A DNA stretch of 47,778 nucleotides from the NCBI GenBank assembly GCA_900549365.1, contig UROD01000001.1, forward strand, positions 1 to 47,778, in the 5' to 3' direction. The translations under genes and the position numbers were made by a program. The stretch comes from an uncultured Rickettsiales bacterium. Its GTDB lineage: Bacteria; Pseudomonadota; Alphaproteobacteria; Rs-D84. Of the stretch, positions 37,547 to 46,431 are shown one piece after another (position 1 is the first letter of the stretch; each line of letters begins with the position of its first letter). The notes beneath the pieces were generated by a model. It did not search any database. It had not been told where the DNA came from and worked only from the letters and a program-made list of their open reading frames with translations.

Positions 37547-38709
37547 TGAAAACAATATTACGTACTGATATAACTATTCGCGATATTTGCGATGGATTTG
37601 TATATAATGAATACGAGGGGCGCGGATTATTTGGCCTGTCTGGTAAATTGACAATTCAACCAGAATACCAGCGCAACTATATTTACGCCCAAGAAAACCG
37701 TGAATCTGGTGTTATTGATTCTGTTATCAAGGGTTACCCACTGGGTCTGATTTATTTTAACAAGGTTGCTGATGACAAGTTTGAGGTCTTGGACGGGCAA
37801 CAACGCATAACCAGTATTGGCAGGTACGTTACAAAAAAATTTCCAATCAAAGACCAAAATGGTATGGAGCAATACTTTGATGGTCTGAACCAACATATAC
37901 AAAATCAAATACTGGACACCCACTTGTTGATTTACGAGTGTGCTGGTACAGAAACCGAAATCAAGGAATGGTTCAAAATAATCAATATCAAGGGTATTCC
38001 ATTAAATGACCAAGAATTATTAAACGCTGTATATTCTGGACCATTTGTAACACTGGCCAAAGAAGAATTTAGCAACAGCCAAAATGCAAATATTCAAAAA
38101 TGGAGTGCATATGTTTCCGGGACGGTAAATCGTCAAGATTACCTGAAAACAGCACTGGAATGGGTCAGTAATAATAATATCAGTGATTATATGAGTGCGC
38201 ACCGTAACGACAACAATATCGCCGAATTAAAACAATATTTTACAACTGTTATTGATTGGGTTTCCAGCGTGTTTCAAAATATAGAACCTGAAATGCGTGG
38301 GCTGGAATGGGGACGTTTATATGAAAAATACCACCGTCAGGCATACGACCCAAAAATCATAGAATCCAAAGTCAAAGAGTTATACGCCGACCCGTATGTC
38401 AAAAATCGCAAAGGTATATTTGAATACGTACTTGGAGGGTGCGTGGATACCAAGTTATTGGACGTGCGTGTTTTTGACGAGGCCACAAAACGTGCCGTAT
38501 ATGCCCAACAAACACAACATGCAGAAGCATCGCACACATCAAATTGTCCATTATGTGCACTGGGGCATGATGCTAATAAAAGTAAAATATGGAAACCGTC
38601 TGATATGGACGCCGACCACGTAACTGCTTGGTCAAAGGGTGGCGCAACAGACATAAAAAATTGCCAAATGTTATGCAAAAGCCACAATCGCGCCAAGGGA
38701 AATAAATAG
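37546..38709 (+). CDS. DUF262 (ParB-like NTPase/nuclease) domain protein with a C-terminal HNH endonuclease motif
   Basis: [10 protein letters not shown] and [14 protein letters not shown] (DUF262 DGQQR), then CPLCALGHD...[31 protein letters not shown] (HNH). The start overlaps the MTase stop (TAATG). Confidence 0.75.
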   Translation: MKTILRTDITIRDICDGFVYNEYEGRGLFGLSGKLTIQPEYQRNYIYAQENRESGVIDSVIKGYPLGLIYFNKVADDKFEVLDGQQRITSIGRYVTKKFPIKDQNGMEQYFDGLNQHIQNQILDTHLLIYECAGTETEIKEWFKIINIKGIPLNDQELLNAVYSGPFVTLAKEEFSNSQNANIQKWSAYVSGTVNRQDYLKTALEWVSNNNISDYMSAHRNDNNIAELKQYFTTVIDWVSSVFQNIEPEMRGLEWGRLYEKYHRQAYDPKIIESKVKELYADPYVKNRKGIFEYVLGGCVDTKLLDVRVFDEATKRAVYAQQTQHAEASHTSNCPLCALGHDANKSKIWKPSDMDADHVTAWSKGGATDIKNCQMLCKSHNRAKGNK

Positions 38710-38747
38710 TTTTTGACACAGCAAAATAACATATTACACTTATCATT

Positions 38748-39098
38748 ATGTTATTACGTAATATTATTTTTGCGATTGTGGTGATTTTTGCGTGCAATGC
38801 CAATGCCGCCATATCGTGTCGTGAAAATGCGCTGGGTGGGCAAAATTGCACCGACCGCACGACTGGTGACGTTTGGCGTGGCCGTCGTGATGTAATCGGT
38901 AATATGAAGTATACCAGTAACACTGGCAAAACCATAAAATCACGCGCCACAGCAAATGGCACAACTGTTTATACCGATAAATCCGGCGCACGCACCACAT
39001 GCCGTAAAAACGCAATGGGCGCAACCGTTTGTCGCAGCGCATCGGGCGACAAAATCACATGTCACACAAATGCCGTTGGCCATACAGTTTGTAAATAA
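38748..39098 (+). CDS. Small secreted protein with three C-x-x-N-A-x-G-x-x-x-C repeats
   Basis: Signal peptide MLLRNIIFAIVVIFACNANA. Repeats SCRENALGGQNC, TCRKNAMGATVC and TCHTNAVGHTVC. There is no clear SD. Confidence 0.4.
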   Translation: MLLRNIIFAIVVIFACNANAAISCRENALGGQNCTDRTTGDVWRGRRDVIGNMKYTSNTGKTIKSRATANGTTVYTDKSGARTTCRKNAMGATVCRSASGDKITCHTNAVGHTVCK

Positions 39099-39112
39099 AT
39101 ATTCTGCAAGAA

Positions 39113-39730
39113 TTATTCAAAACAGCGACGCAGTGTTTCGCCTGTGTCGTTTTGATCAACACGCTTGTTGCGGATTTCTTCAGCTGCTTTTATTTTTTGT
39201 TTTATTAAAATTAAATCTGGGTGCGCCTGTAATTCTGCATTTAATTCATCAACCGCCGCCGAAATATCAGACGAATTTTTCACAAATATCGGTGTAATAG
39301 AATCCGCCGCTGCAAAAATTGAATTTTTTAGTTCATCGCTAAAATCGTCAATCACCGACAAATACGCGCGTATATGACTGTCTTCGTGCGCCAAAATCGC
39401 ATTATAAGAGCACGAATATGGACTGTGTCGCATATCAATTTGCACCAAGAAATTACTGTACCCAACCGACGCATTTACGGACTTTATAGCAACGCAAAAA
39501 CCATCTTCGATTGATGTAATATCAGCAATAATATCATAGTTATCGTCCAGCGTAGCAATTACATTGCCATGTAATAAATCCATTGGACGCAAGGGTTGTA
39601 CAACCTCTTTGGCCCATTGTGGGGTGGTAATATTTACATTCGGGTTCAGTTTGTATGCCAAGCAATCATCGGCGCGCGCCATTGTCGCACAGCAAACGCC
39701 CAATAAAATCGCCGCACCCCGCCATAACAT
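39113..39730 (-). CDS. Secreted protein with an HExxH motif, in the virB5 position (DUF922-like or VirB5-like)
   Basis: Signal peptide ending in ARADD. The sequence AILAHEDSHIRAY contains HEDSH. The C-terminus is helical. It starts 3 nt after the virB4 stop. Confidence 0.3.
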   Translation of the reverse strand: MLWRGAAILLGVCCATMARADDCLAYKLNPNVNITTPQWAKEVVQPLRPMDLLHGNVIATLDDNYDIIADITSIEDGFCVAIKSVNASVGYSNFLVQIDMRHSPYSCSYNAILAHEDSHIRAYLSVIDDFSDELKNSIFAAADSITPIFVKNSSDISAAVDELNAELQAHPDLILIKQKIKAAEEIRNKRVDQNDTGETLRRCFE

Positions 39731-39733
39731 TTA

Positions 39734-42148
39734 TTATAAATCCCCTGCACCCTGCTTTTTCAAATACTCAGAAACAAAATTATTGCCATATTGCTTGTAC
39801 AATTCTTCGGCCAACAATACCGATGAACGTCCTGATTCAAACAGACGCAGTAAATTACCCAACCCACCTAGTTCCGTATTTAGAATCACAGATTCACCTG
39901 TCACCGGTCGCGACAACAATACCGCACGTTTCAGGTTTGGATACGCCTTGCCTTGAATAAATGCCATTTCCAGTGGATTCAGATTCCAATACTGATAATC
40001 CGATGCGTCCGCCGCTGGATTACGGAAGAATAACACCGTTTGCGCCTGCCCGCGAACAACGTCGCCAATCCCCAGTTTGTCCAGAACATTTGCGCGCTGG
40101 AACGCAACCATATATGCCTGACGGTTTTTGCGCCCTTCTTGCAGGCCAGTGATAAAGTTATCGCGAAACATTTTGTTTTCCAGCATAGGCGCAGTTTCGT
40201 CAATCATAATCAGTGACGGATTTCCGCCCGAAACCGTGATATTATTGATTCTGTGTAAAATATAAGAAATCACCGCTGGTGCCAGTGTTTCATCTTGTAA
40301 TATTTCAGTAAAATCAAACGTAGTCAGACGCGACTGCAAATCCAGTGTATCGGACGTTTCGTTAAATATGTCGCCATATTGCAACGGATCAATCCATTTT
40401 TTCAACGCTGGTCGCATATTGCCGTTGGATGCAAAGCAACTCTCCCATAAATTCTTTAATATTCTGTCGCGGTCGGGCAAATAGTCAAAATTCACCGACA
40501 CCGCGCGCGCGATTTCGTCCGCAGAATTTGCGTCTGATTGCCCCGTTATAATTGCAAACCACCGACGCAAGAACGCACGATTTGCCGCTGTGTCCGGCAT
40601 TTTCAGTGGATTTAAGTGCGTCAAAAATGAATTATCTGTGGCGTTTTTCTCTTTACCTTGCATCGTGATGTATTTGCCACCAACCGACAGGGTGAATATT
40701 TCTGCCCCCTTGTTACGGTCAAAGAAAAATGCCTTTAATTTCGGATGACGCAACGATTGCGCAATCAAGAAACTGAACAGCGTTGTTTTACCGCCACCAG
40801 TTGGCCCGATTGTCAATGTATGTGCAACCGCCGCCGGTTTATCAGATACATGGAATTGGAATTGATACGGTGTTCCTTGGGCAGTTGGAAATACAACCAG
40901 TGGCCCTGGGCCCCAATCGCAGTTCGCAACCCCACGTGGCTGGGTCGACATAGGAATACTGATTGCGGCCGTCCGCGACAGCAACTTGAAACTGCGCGGG
41001 AAAACATCAAATCCAGGGATTTGTGCAAACCACGACACGCGCGCCGCATATGTTTCACAAATCGGGGCAACACCAAATGACGCTGATATTTTCTTGAATT
41101 CATCAACATAATGATTCAGTTCATCAATCGAACGCCCAAATAAAATAAACAGTGGGTAATAATTTACCAGCGATTGATTCCCAGTTGCGTTTTCGTCCAT
41201 CGCACTCTGGGCATCTGAAATCTGTTCCAATGTCGATGTTTCGTTTTCATCAGCCGATGATTGACGCTGGCGCAATGTCATTTCAACGTCCGCCGTCCCC
41301 ATAATTTGAAATGCATTCATGCAAATCATTTCTGTCTGGATTGTTGAAATAGTATCAAAAAATTCTTCGTCCAGATAATCTGGTGATGTGCGGAATGACA
41401 TCATTGCCGCAAACGTCTGCGACCCGCCACTGACATAGCGTACGACACCATCGCGCATAAATTCAACATCGTCAACTGTTACCAAATCCGCAATACGATT
41501 ATCGCATACAATGGGCGTGGGTTTTGTAATCGGAGACAAAATACGTCCAAAGAATTGCGCCATATTATCAGTCGAATTATTACGCAATAATTTCGGATGA
41601 TACGCCGCCAATATGGATTCCAGATAATTACCGTATTGATTCAGTTTTTCGCGCGCACCCGCACCTGATACCTGTAATACAATATAATAATTATTCAAGA
41701 AAATGCGTAACCCTTGGGCCTGCCATTTATCATATATTTTTTGTAAAACTGGCTGGTCAAATTCATAGTCCGTATTTTCGTCCGTCGCATCACGCGTCAT
41801 AAAGAAACGCATCACAACATTCTGATCACGAATTTGATTAAACAGTTGTGTACGTAATTCCAAGAATTTTTCACGGGTGGCGGCATCTTGCATACTGGTC
41901 TGGACACCCGCAACACGATATACACGCAACAGCGACCCATCTGATAATTCCAATGTATCATCGTTATACACGGTACGGAATGGCAAATAACGCGAATAGC
42001 GTTTATAGCCAAACTGGGGCAATATACGCCGCGTCAGTGTTGGTAAATACATCATCAGCACGACAAAGATAAAAATCACCGCAATGACCATTATCATTGT
42101 TGTGACGGGAAAACCACTGCCTGCGAAATATTCAAAAAATCCATTCAT
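39734..42148 (-). CDS. virB4: Type IV secretion system ATPase VirB4 (CagE/TrbE family)
   Basis: 804 aa with an N-terminal TM segment, Walker A GPTGGGKTT and Walker B LIMIDETAPML. A virB3-like gene lies directly upstream. Confidence 0.85.
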   Translation of the reverse strand: MNGFFEYFAGSGFPVTTMIMVIAVIFIFVVLMMYLPTLTRRILPQFGYKRYSRYLPFRTVYNDDTLELSDGSLLRVYRVAGVQTSMQDAATREKFLELRTQLFNQIRDQNVVMRFFMTRDATDENTDYEFDQPVLQKIYDKWQAQGLRIFLNNYYIVLQVSGAGAREKLNQYGNYLESILAAYHPKLLRNNSTDNMAQFFGRILSPITKPTPIVCDNRIADLVTVDDVEFMRDGVVRYVSGGSQTFAAMMSFRTSPDYLDEEFFDTISTIQTEMICMNAFQIMGTADVEMTLRQRQSSADENETSTLEQISDAQSAMDENATGNQSLVNYYPLFILFGRSIDELNHYVDEFKKISASFGVAPICETYAARVSWFAQIPGFDVFPRSFKLLSRTAAISIPMSTQPRGVANCDWGPGPLVVFPTAQGTPYQFQFHVSDKPAAVAHTLTIGPTGGGKTTLFSFLIAQSLRHPKLKAFFFDRNKGAEIFTLSVGGKYITMQGKEKNATDNSFLTHLNPLKMPDTAANRAFLRRWFAIITGQSDANSADEIARAVSVNFDYLPDRDRILKNLWESCFASNGNMRPALKKWIDPLQYGDIFNETSDTLDLQSRLTTFDFTEILQDETLAPAVISYILHRINNITVSGGNPSLIMIDETAPMLENKMFRDNFITGLQEGRKNRQAYMVAFQRANVLDKLGIGDVVRGQAQTVLFFRNPAADASDYQYWNLNPLEMAFIQGKAYPNLKRAVLLSRPVTGESVILNTELGGLGNLLRLFESGRSSVLLAEELYKQYGNNFVSEYLKKQGAGDL

Positions 42149-42151
42149 TTT

Positions 42152-42448
42152 TTATGCCGCCAATCTGTTTGGTATCTTCTTTTTGAACAGTTGTATTTTT
42201 GCAGCCAAAATTTGGCCCAGTTGGGGGTCGCGCTTTGAAAATGTCGCCATTATCATATGAACCACACATAACGACACCAAAAACCACAGTGGCGAAACAG
42301 GATTTTTACCCCCTGTCCACAACAGTGACGCAACAAAAACCGCAATAAAAACAAGGAACTGAACCGCAAAATTCAGAATTGCCATATTATAGGGCACATA
42401 AAATATGCGCGCCGGATTGGCTAATGCTTTCAGTACCCGTTGTCTCAT
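42152..42448 (-). CDS. virB3: Type IV secretion system protein VirB3
   Basis: LKALANPARIFYVPYNMAILNF followed by two TM helices. About 98 aa from ATG 42448 (GGGGGGA SD). The track ORF extends to 42565. Confidence 0.7.
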   Translation of the reverse strand: MRQRVLKALANPARIFYVPYNMAILNFAVQFLVFIAVFVASLLWTGGKNPVSPLWFLVSLCVVHMIMATFSKRDPQLGQILAAKIQLFKKKIPNRLAA

Positions 42449-42486
42449 TTTTGATAAAATCCCCCCTGATGTTGGAATTATAACAA

Positions 42487-42672
42487 TTTCAACAGTTTTC
42501 AACAAGTATAAAAAGCAAGACCATAAAATTGTTAAAAATACTGAAAACTGCATATTTATTGACATGTTTATATTCGCGCTATATTTTCAACAGCGATATT
42601 AAAAATCCCCAGAAAACCTGTAAAAAATTGTTGAAAACTTGTTCAAAAACAGTTAACAAATGTTTTCAACAA
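42487..42672. promoter_or_regulatory. Cluster of TTTCAACA / GTTTTCAACAA motifs upstream of virB3
   Basis: GTTTTCAACAA occurs at 42495-42505 and 42662-42672, and its exact inverse TTGTTGAAAAC at 42628-42638. Additional TTTCAACA cores lie at 42487-42494 and 42585-42592. Confidence 0.45.
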
Positions 42673-42714
42673 AACCAACAACCCTTACAACTACAACAAA
42701 AATATAATAATTAT

Positions 42715-42742
42715 TTGATTTTTTACAAAAAGCGTTTATAAT
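42715..42742 (+). promoter_or_regulatory. Candidate promoter of rpmJ
   Basis: TTGATT, a 16-nt spacer, then TATAAT. It lies 25 nt upstream of the ATG. Confidence 0.4.
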
Positions 42743-42766
42743 CACCACGCAATAAAGGATTTAGAT

Positions 42767-42901
42767 ATGAAATTTTTAAGTTCATTAAAAGCTTGGAAGA
42801 AACGCGGCAATGTTAAACAAATTCGCCGTGGTAAACAGGTTATCTTGATTGATCCTGCGAATCCAAAGTTAAAGGCCAAACAGGGCTTTAAGAAAAAATA
42901 A
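42767..42901 (+). CDS. rpmJ: 50S ribosomal protein L36, Cys-less (type B) form
   Basis: A 44-aa ORF below the track cutoff: MKFLSSLKAWKKRGNVKQIRRGKQVILIDPANPKLKAKQGFKKK. It aligns to the L36/YkgO pattern MKV.SSLK...R.....V.RRG...VI.K.NP+.KA+QG. SD is AAGGA. Confidence 0.8.
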   Translation: MKFLSSLKAWKKRGNVKQIRRGKQVILIDPANPKLKAKQGFKKK

Positions 42902-42933
42902 ATCCGTACCTGATTGGGTTATGGTTATTTTGT

Positions 42934-42967
42934 GTCCGATAAAATCGTTTTTATCGGGCGCTTTTTT
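42934..42967 (+). terminator. Rho-independent terminator after rpmJ
   Basis: GTCCGATAAAA-TCG-TTTTTATCGGGC followed by GCTTTTTTG. Confidence 0.7.
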
Positions 42968-42986
42968 GTATTCTGTTTCAGATGAT

Positions 42987-43658
42987 TTATAAATCATTCA
43001 TAAATGCTTCGCGGGTGGCGGCATTAACCTCTGCCCCAGACAGGCCCGCTTCGCGTAAATATTCTATTTGAAAATCAGTTGGGCGGAATATTGCCGCACT
43101 GTGGTCGGCGGATTTTGGTACAGACGAAATACGTTGTGCTGGCATAAATTCAATTCGGGCGTTTTTGTCCGCCAATGCCGCAAATGCGATATCTGAAACA
43201 GTGTTTTTAGTATTTTTTTCAATTACGGCCGTGCCAGACAATTTTGATTTTGTATTTTTTTCCGCAATCAATTTTGTTTTAACACAAACGGTCGTATCAT
43301 CGGCCGCGTGTTCGCCAATTATGTTATATGTTAATTCACCGGTATTTTCCAACAATACCCCACCACGAATTTCAGAATTTTTACCGGTGTTTTTGATAAA
43401 AATGTCAAAAAAGGCCGGCAATTTATTTTTTACACGCACGTCCAGAATAACGGATTGATTGCCAGCCGAAATATTCAAATCCAGCCGGCATTTACCAGCA
43501 ATTTCGCCAACATATATTACGTGAACCGGTAATTCATATGTTTTATCAATATTGCAATCAGACAATGTTGATAAATCAGCGCAAAACACACCATCGCGGA
43601 AAACAATGGTTTCCGCCGGCATGGTTTTTATATTGAATTCGTTCCACATGTATGACAT
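42987..43658 (-). CDS. SufB/SufD-family (UPF0051) beta-helix protein, short stand-alone form
   Basis: The C-terminus IEFMPAQRISSVPKSADHSAAIFRPTDFQIEYLREAGLSGAEVNAATREAF parallels the SufD segment LEIyaDDVkCsHGATvG.ld.eqlFYL.sRGi. No other suf genes are nearby. Confidence 0.5.
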   Translation of the reverse strand: MSYMWNEFNIKTMPAETIVFRDGVFCADLSTLSDCNIDKTYELPVHVIYVGEIAGKCRLDLNISAGNQSVILDVRVKNKLPAFFDIFIKNTGKNSEIRGGVLLENTGELTYNIIGEHAADDTTVCVKTKLIAEKNTKSKLSGTAVIEKNTKNTVSDIAFAALADKNARIEFMPAQRISSVPKSADHSAAIFRPTDFQIEYLREAGLSGAEVNAATREAFMNDL

Positions 43659-43685
43659 ATTACAGGCATTATAAAGGATTTAGTT

Positions 43686-44765
43686 ATGGGTTTCAATTGT
43701 GGAATTGTTGGATTGCCAAATGTTGGAAAATCTACGTTATTTAATGCACTGACACAATCGGCGGCGGCGGACGCACAAAACTATCCGTTTTGCACCATCG
43801 AACCGAATACCGGCCGCGTTGTTGTACCAGATGAAACACTGCTGAAATTGGCGGCGGTTGATAACAGTGCAAAAATTATTCCAACACAACTGGAAATTGT
43901 TGATATTGCGGGTCTGGTGCGTGGCGCATCAAATGGCGAAGGGTTGGGAAATAAATTCTTGGGCAATATTCTGTCGACCGACGCGATTATTCACGTTGTG
44001 CGTTGTTTTGAAAACGACGATATAGTGCATGTAAACGGCCGTATTGACCCATTAGACGATATTGAAACGATTGAAACAGAACTGATGCTGGCCGATATGG
44101 AAAGCATGGAAAAACAGATTAAAAATCTGGAAAAAAAGGCGCACGGTCTGGATAAAAACGCAATCAAATTATTGGCGGATGCAAACGCGATTTACGCTTG
44201 TCTGAAAAGTGGTACGCCTGCGCGTAATTCAGGTGTAGATGCATCGCCGTTTAACCTGTTGACGGCAAAGCCGGTTATTTACGTATGTAATGTCGAAGAA
44301 TCCGCCGCTGCAACTGGTAATAAATATTCTGATGCTGTACGTGCCAAATACGGCGATGCCGCACCTGTATTGGTTATTTCATCAAAAATAGAAATGGAAA
44401 TTTCCCAGATTGTGAATCCAGATGAACGAAAAATGTTTTTGGATGATTTAGGACTGAAACAATCCGGTCTGGAACAAGTTATTAAAACAGGGTATGAAAC
44501 GCTGGGGCTGCAAACATTTTATACTGTTGGTCCAAAGGAAGCACATGCATGGACAATCACGCGCGGTATGACTGCGCCACAGGCCGCCGGTAAAATCCAC
44601 ACTGATTTTGAAAAAGGTTTTATTCGTGCCGAAATTATTTCGCCCGCCGACTATATTGCGCTGGGGGGCGAGGTTGCCGTCAAAGAAGCCGGAAAAATGC
44701 GTCTGGTTGGCAAAGAATATGTTATGCAAGAAGGCGACATTTGTCATTTCTTGTTTAACAATTAA
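43686..44765 (+). CDS. ychF: Ribosome-binding ATPase YchF
   Basis: GIVGLPNVGKSTLFNALT, a DIAGLV segment, and a TGS-like C-terminus (GDICHFLFN). Confidence 0.95.
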   Translation: MGFNCGIVGLPNVGKSTLFNALTQSAAADAQNYPFCTIEPNTGRVVVPDETLLKLAAVDNSAKIIPTQLEIVDIAGLVRGASNGEGLGNKFLGNILSTDAIIHVVRCFENDDIVHVNGRIDPLDDIETIETELMLADMESMEKQIKNLEKKAHGLDKNAIKLLADANAIYACLKSGTPARNSGVDASPFNLLTAKPVIYVCNVEESAAATGNKYSDAVRAKYGDAAPVLVISSKIEMEISQIVNPDERKMFLDDLGLKQSGLEQVIKTGYETLGLQTFYTVGPKEAHAWTITRGMTAPQAAGKIHTDFEKGFIRAEIISPADYIALGGEVAVKEAGKMRLVGKEYVMQEGDICHFLFNN

Positions 44766-44773
44766 AAAACATC

Positions 44774-44803
44774 AAAAAAGGCCGGTAAATACCGGCCTTT
44801 TTT
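44774..44803. terminator. Bidirectional terminator between ychF and the ABC-F gene
   Basis: AAAAAAGGCCGGT-AAAT-ACCGGCCTTTTTT. Confidence 0.85.
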
Positions 44804-44807
44804 AACA

Positions 44808-46421
44808 TTATTTTTCGCTGTTTATGGCGTAATAATATTCCAATTTATCGTGGTCATAATCCTCTATTCTGCCCGATGGTAATACCAGCATACGGGTGAT
44901 ACCGATTTGTTCAACAAAGTCCGGATTATGGCTGACCACGATAATTGTGCCGGTAAAATCCCTGAAATTATCACCAATTACGCGTTGCGTTTCTGGGTCC
45001 AGATGATTCGTTGGTTCGTCCAGAATCAACATATTTGCACGTCGTAGTAAAATCTTGGCCAATGCAACACGGGCGCGTTCCCCAGGCGACAGCACAGACA
45101 CCTGTTTGAATACGTCCATATCATAGAACAAGAAATTAGCCAACACTGCGCGCAGTTGCTGGTCGGTGTAATCATCATTGGCAACATTTTCCAGAATTGT
45201 TTTGTCGGGTGACAATCCCTCTAATTCCTGTGCATAGTATGCAATATCGGTCTTTGGATTTATATTAATCGTGCCGCGTTCTGGGGACAGTTGCCCCAGT
45301 ATCAATTTCAGCAGTGTTGATTTACCAGTACCATTTTCACCACAGATTAAAAAACGTTCACCGCCCGTGATGATAAATGATAAGTTTCTGTATAACAACT
45401 TTGCATTTGGATACCGAAACCACAGGTTATCAACCATAATCGGGTGACGCGCACCATCACGCATGGGCGATAAATCCATCTTTAACTTTTTGTATACGGT
45501 TTCACGTTCAATTCTGTTTTTTAGCACGTGTTCCAAAATCGCCGCACGAACATTGCCCGCGCGCTTCATAGCGTGATTGGTCGGACTGGCCGCACTCGCG
45601 CGTGCCACAAAATCAGACAGGTGTTTTATCTGGCGTTCTTGGTTTTCAATCGCATTTGCGCGGGCGCGTTTGATTTCGCGTAATTTTACCTGATAGTCAT
45701 CATAATTCCCAGAAAACACAGATATCTTTTTTGTAACCTTGTCCACGTATAAAATCTTGTTCACAATATTGTTCAAAAATTCACAATCATGACTGATAAT
45801 TAAAACCATACCGCGATATTTTTTCAGGTAATTACAAACCCAATCCTTGGTCGTTGCATCCAAATGATTTGTTGGTTCGTCCAATAATAAAATTTCCGCC
45901 ATAGAATATAATAAGCGCGCAAATGCAACCTTGGACTTTTGACCACCCGACAGGTCGCGCAACCGCATATCCAGCATATCCGAATCAATATGCATATTGT
46001 CGATAATTTCCAGCAACGTGTCTTCGGCGGTATAGCATTCGTAATAGTCCAGTTCTGATTGTACATGGTCTATATCTGATTGAACCTGTGCGTCATCAGG
46101 TGTGTCTGCGATTTGTTGATACAGGTTTTGCAGTTGTTTTTCTAGTTTCGCTATTGGGCGACCTGTTGTTAAAAATTCCCAAACGGTGATTTCAGGATTT
46201 GTAATTTCAATTGTTTGTGGCAAATATCCCAAACGCGCACCGCCGGTATCAATGCGTCCCGCATCGGGCAATAATTCACCTAATATCAATTTGAATAATG
46301 TGGTCTTGCCTGCACCATTTACACCAACAATACCAACCTTGTCCCGCGACGACAGGTTAAATTCTGCATTGTCGTACACAACTGTTGTGCCAAAAGATAA
46401 AGATAGAGATGACGCATACAT
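44808..46421 (-). CDS. ABC-F family ATPase (tandem ABC domains, no TM domain)
   Basis: Two Walker A sites (GVNGAGKTT, GENGTGKST), two signatures (LSGGQKSK, LSPGERAR), and an inter-domain linker. Confidence 0.9.
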   Translation of the reverse strand: MYASSLSLSFGTTVVYDNAEFNLSSRDKVGIVGVNGAGKTTLFKLILGELLPDAGRIDTGGARLGYLPQTIEITNPEITVWEFLTTGRPIAKLEKQLQNLYQQIADTPDDAQVQSDIDHVQSELDYYECYTAEDTLLEIIDNMHIDSDMLDMRLRDLSGGQKSKVAFARLLYSMAEILLLDEPTNHLDATTKDWVCNYLKKYRGMVLIISHDCEFLNNIVNKILYVDKVTKKISVFSGNYDDYQVKLREIKRARANAIENQERQIKHLSDFVARASAASPTNHAMKRAGNVRAAILEHVLKNRIERETVYKKLKMDLSPMRDGARHPIMVDNLWFRYPNAKLLYRNLSFIITGGERFLICGENGTGKSTLLKLILGQLSPERGTININPKTDIAYYAQELEGLSPDKTILENVANDDYTDQQLRAVLANFLFYDMDVFKQVSVLSPGERARVALAKILLRRANMLILDEPTNHLDPETQRVIGDNFRDFTGTIIVVSHNPDFVEQIGITRMLVLPSGRIEDYDHDKLEYYYAINSEK

Positions 46422-46431
46422 GTCGAAAAAA

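Larger units (their letters stand above)
35577..38709 (+). mobile_element. Putative degraded integrated islet adjacent to tRNA-fMet (recombinase pseudogene + MTase + nuclease)
   Basis: The location at a tRNA 3' end, the recombinase gene, the defence-type cargo, and a G+C content that looks lower than the flanking lpx genes on the lines I counted. The right boundary is not defined. Confidence 0.4.
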
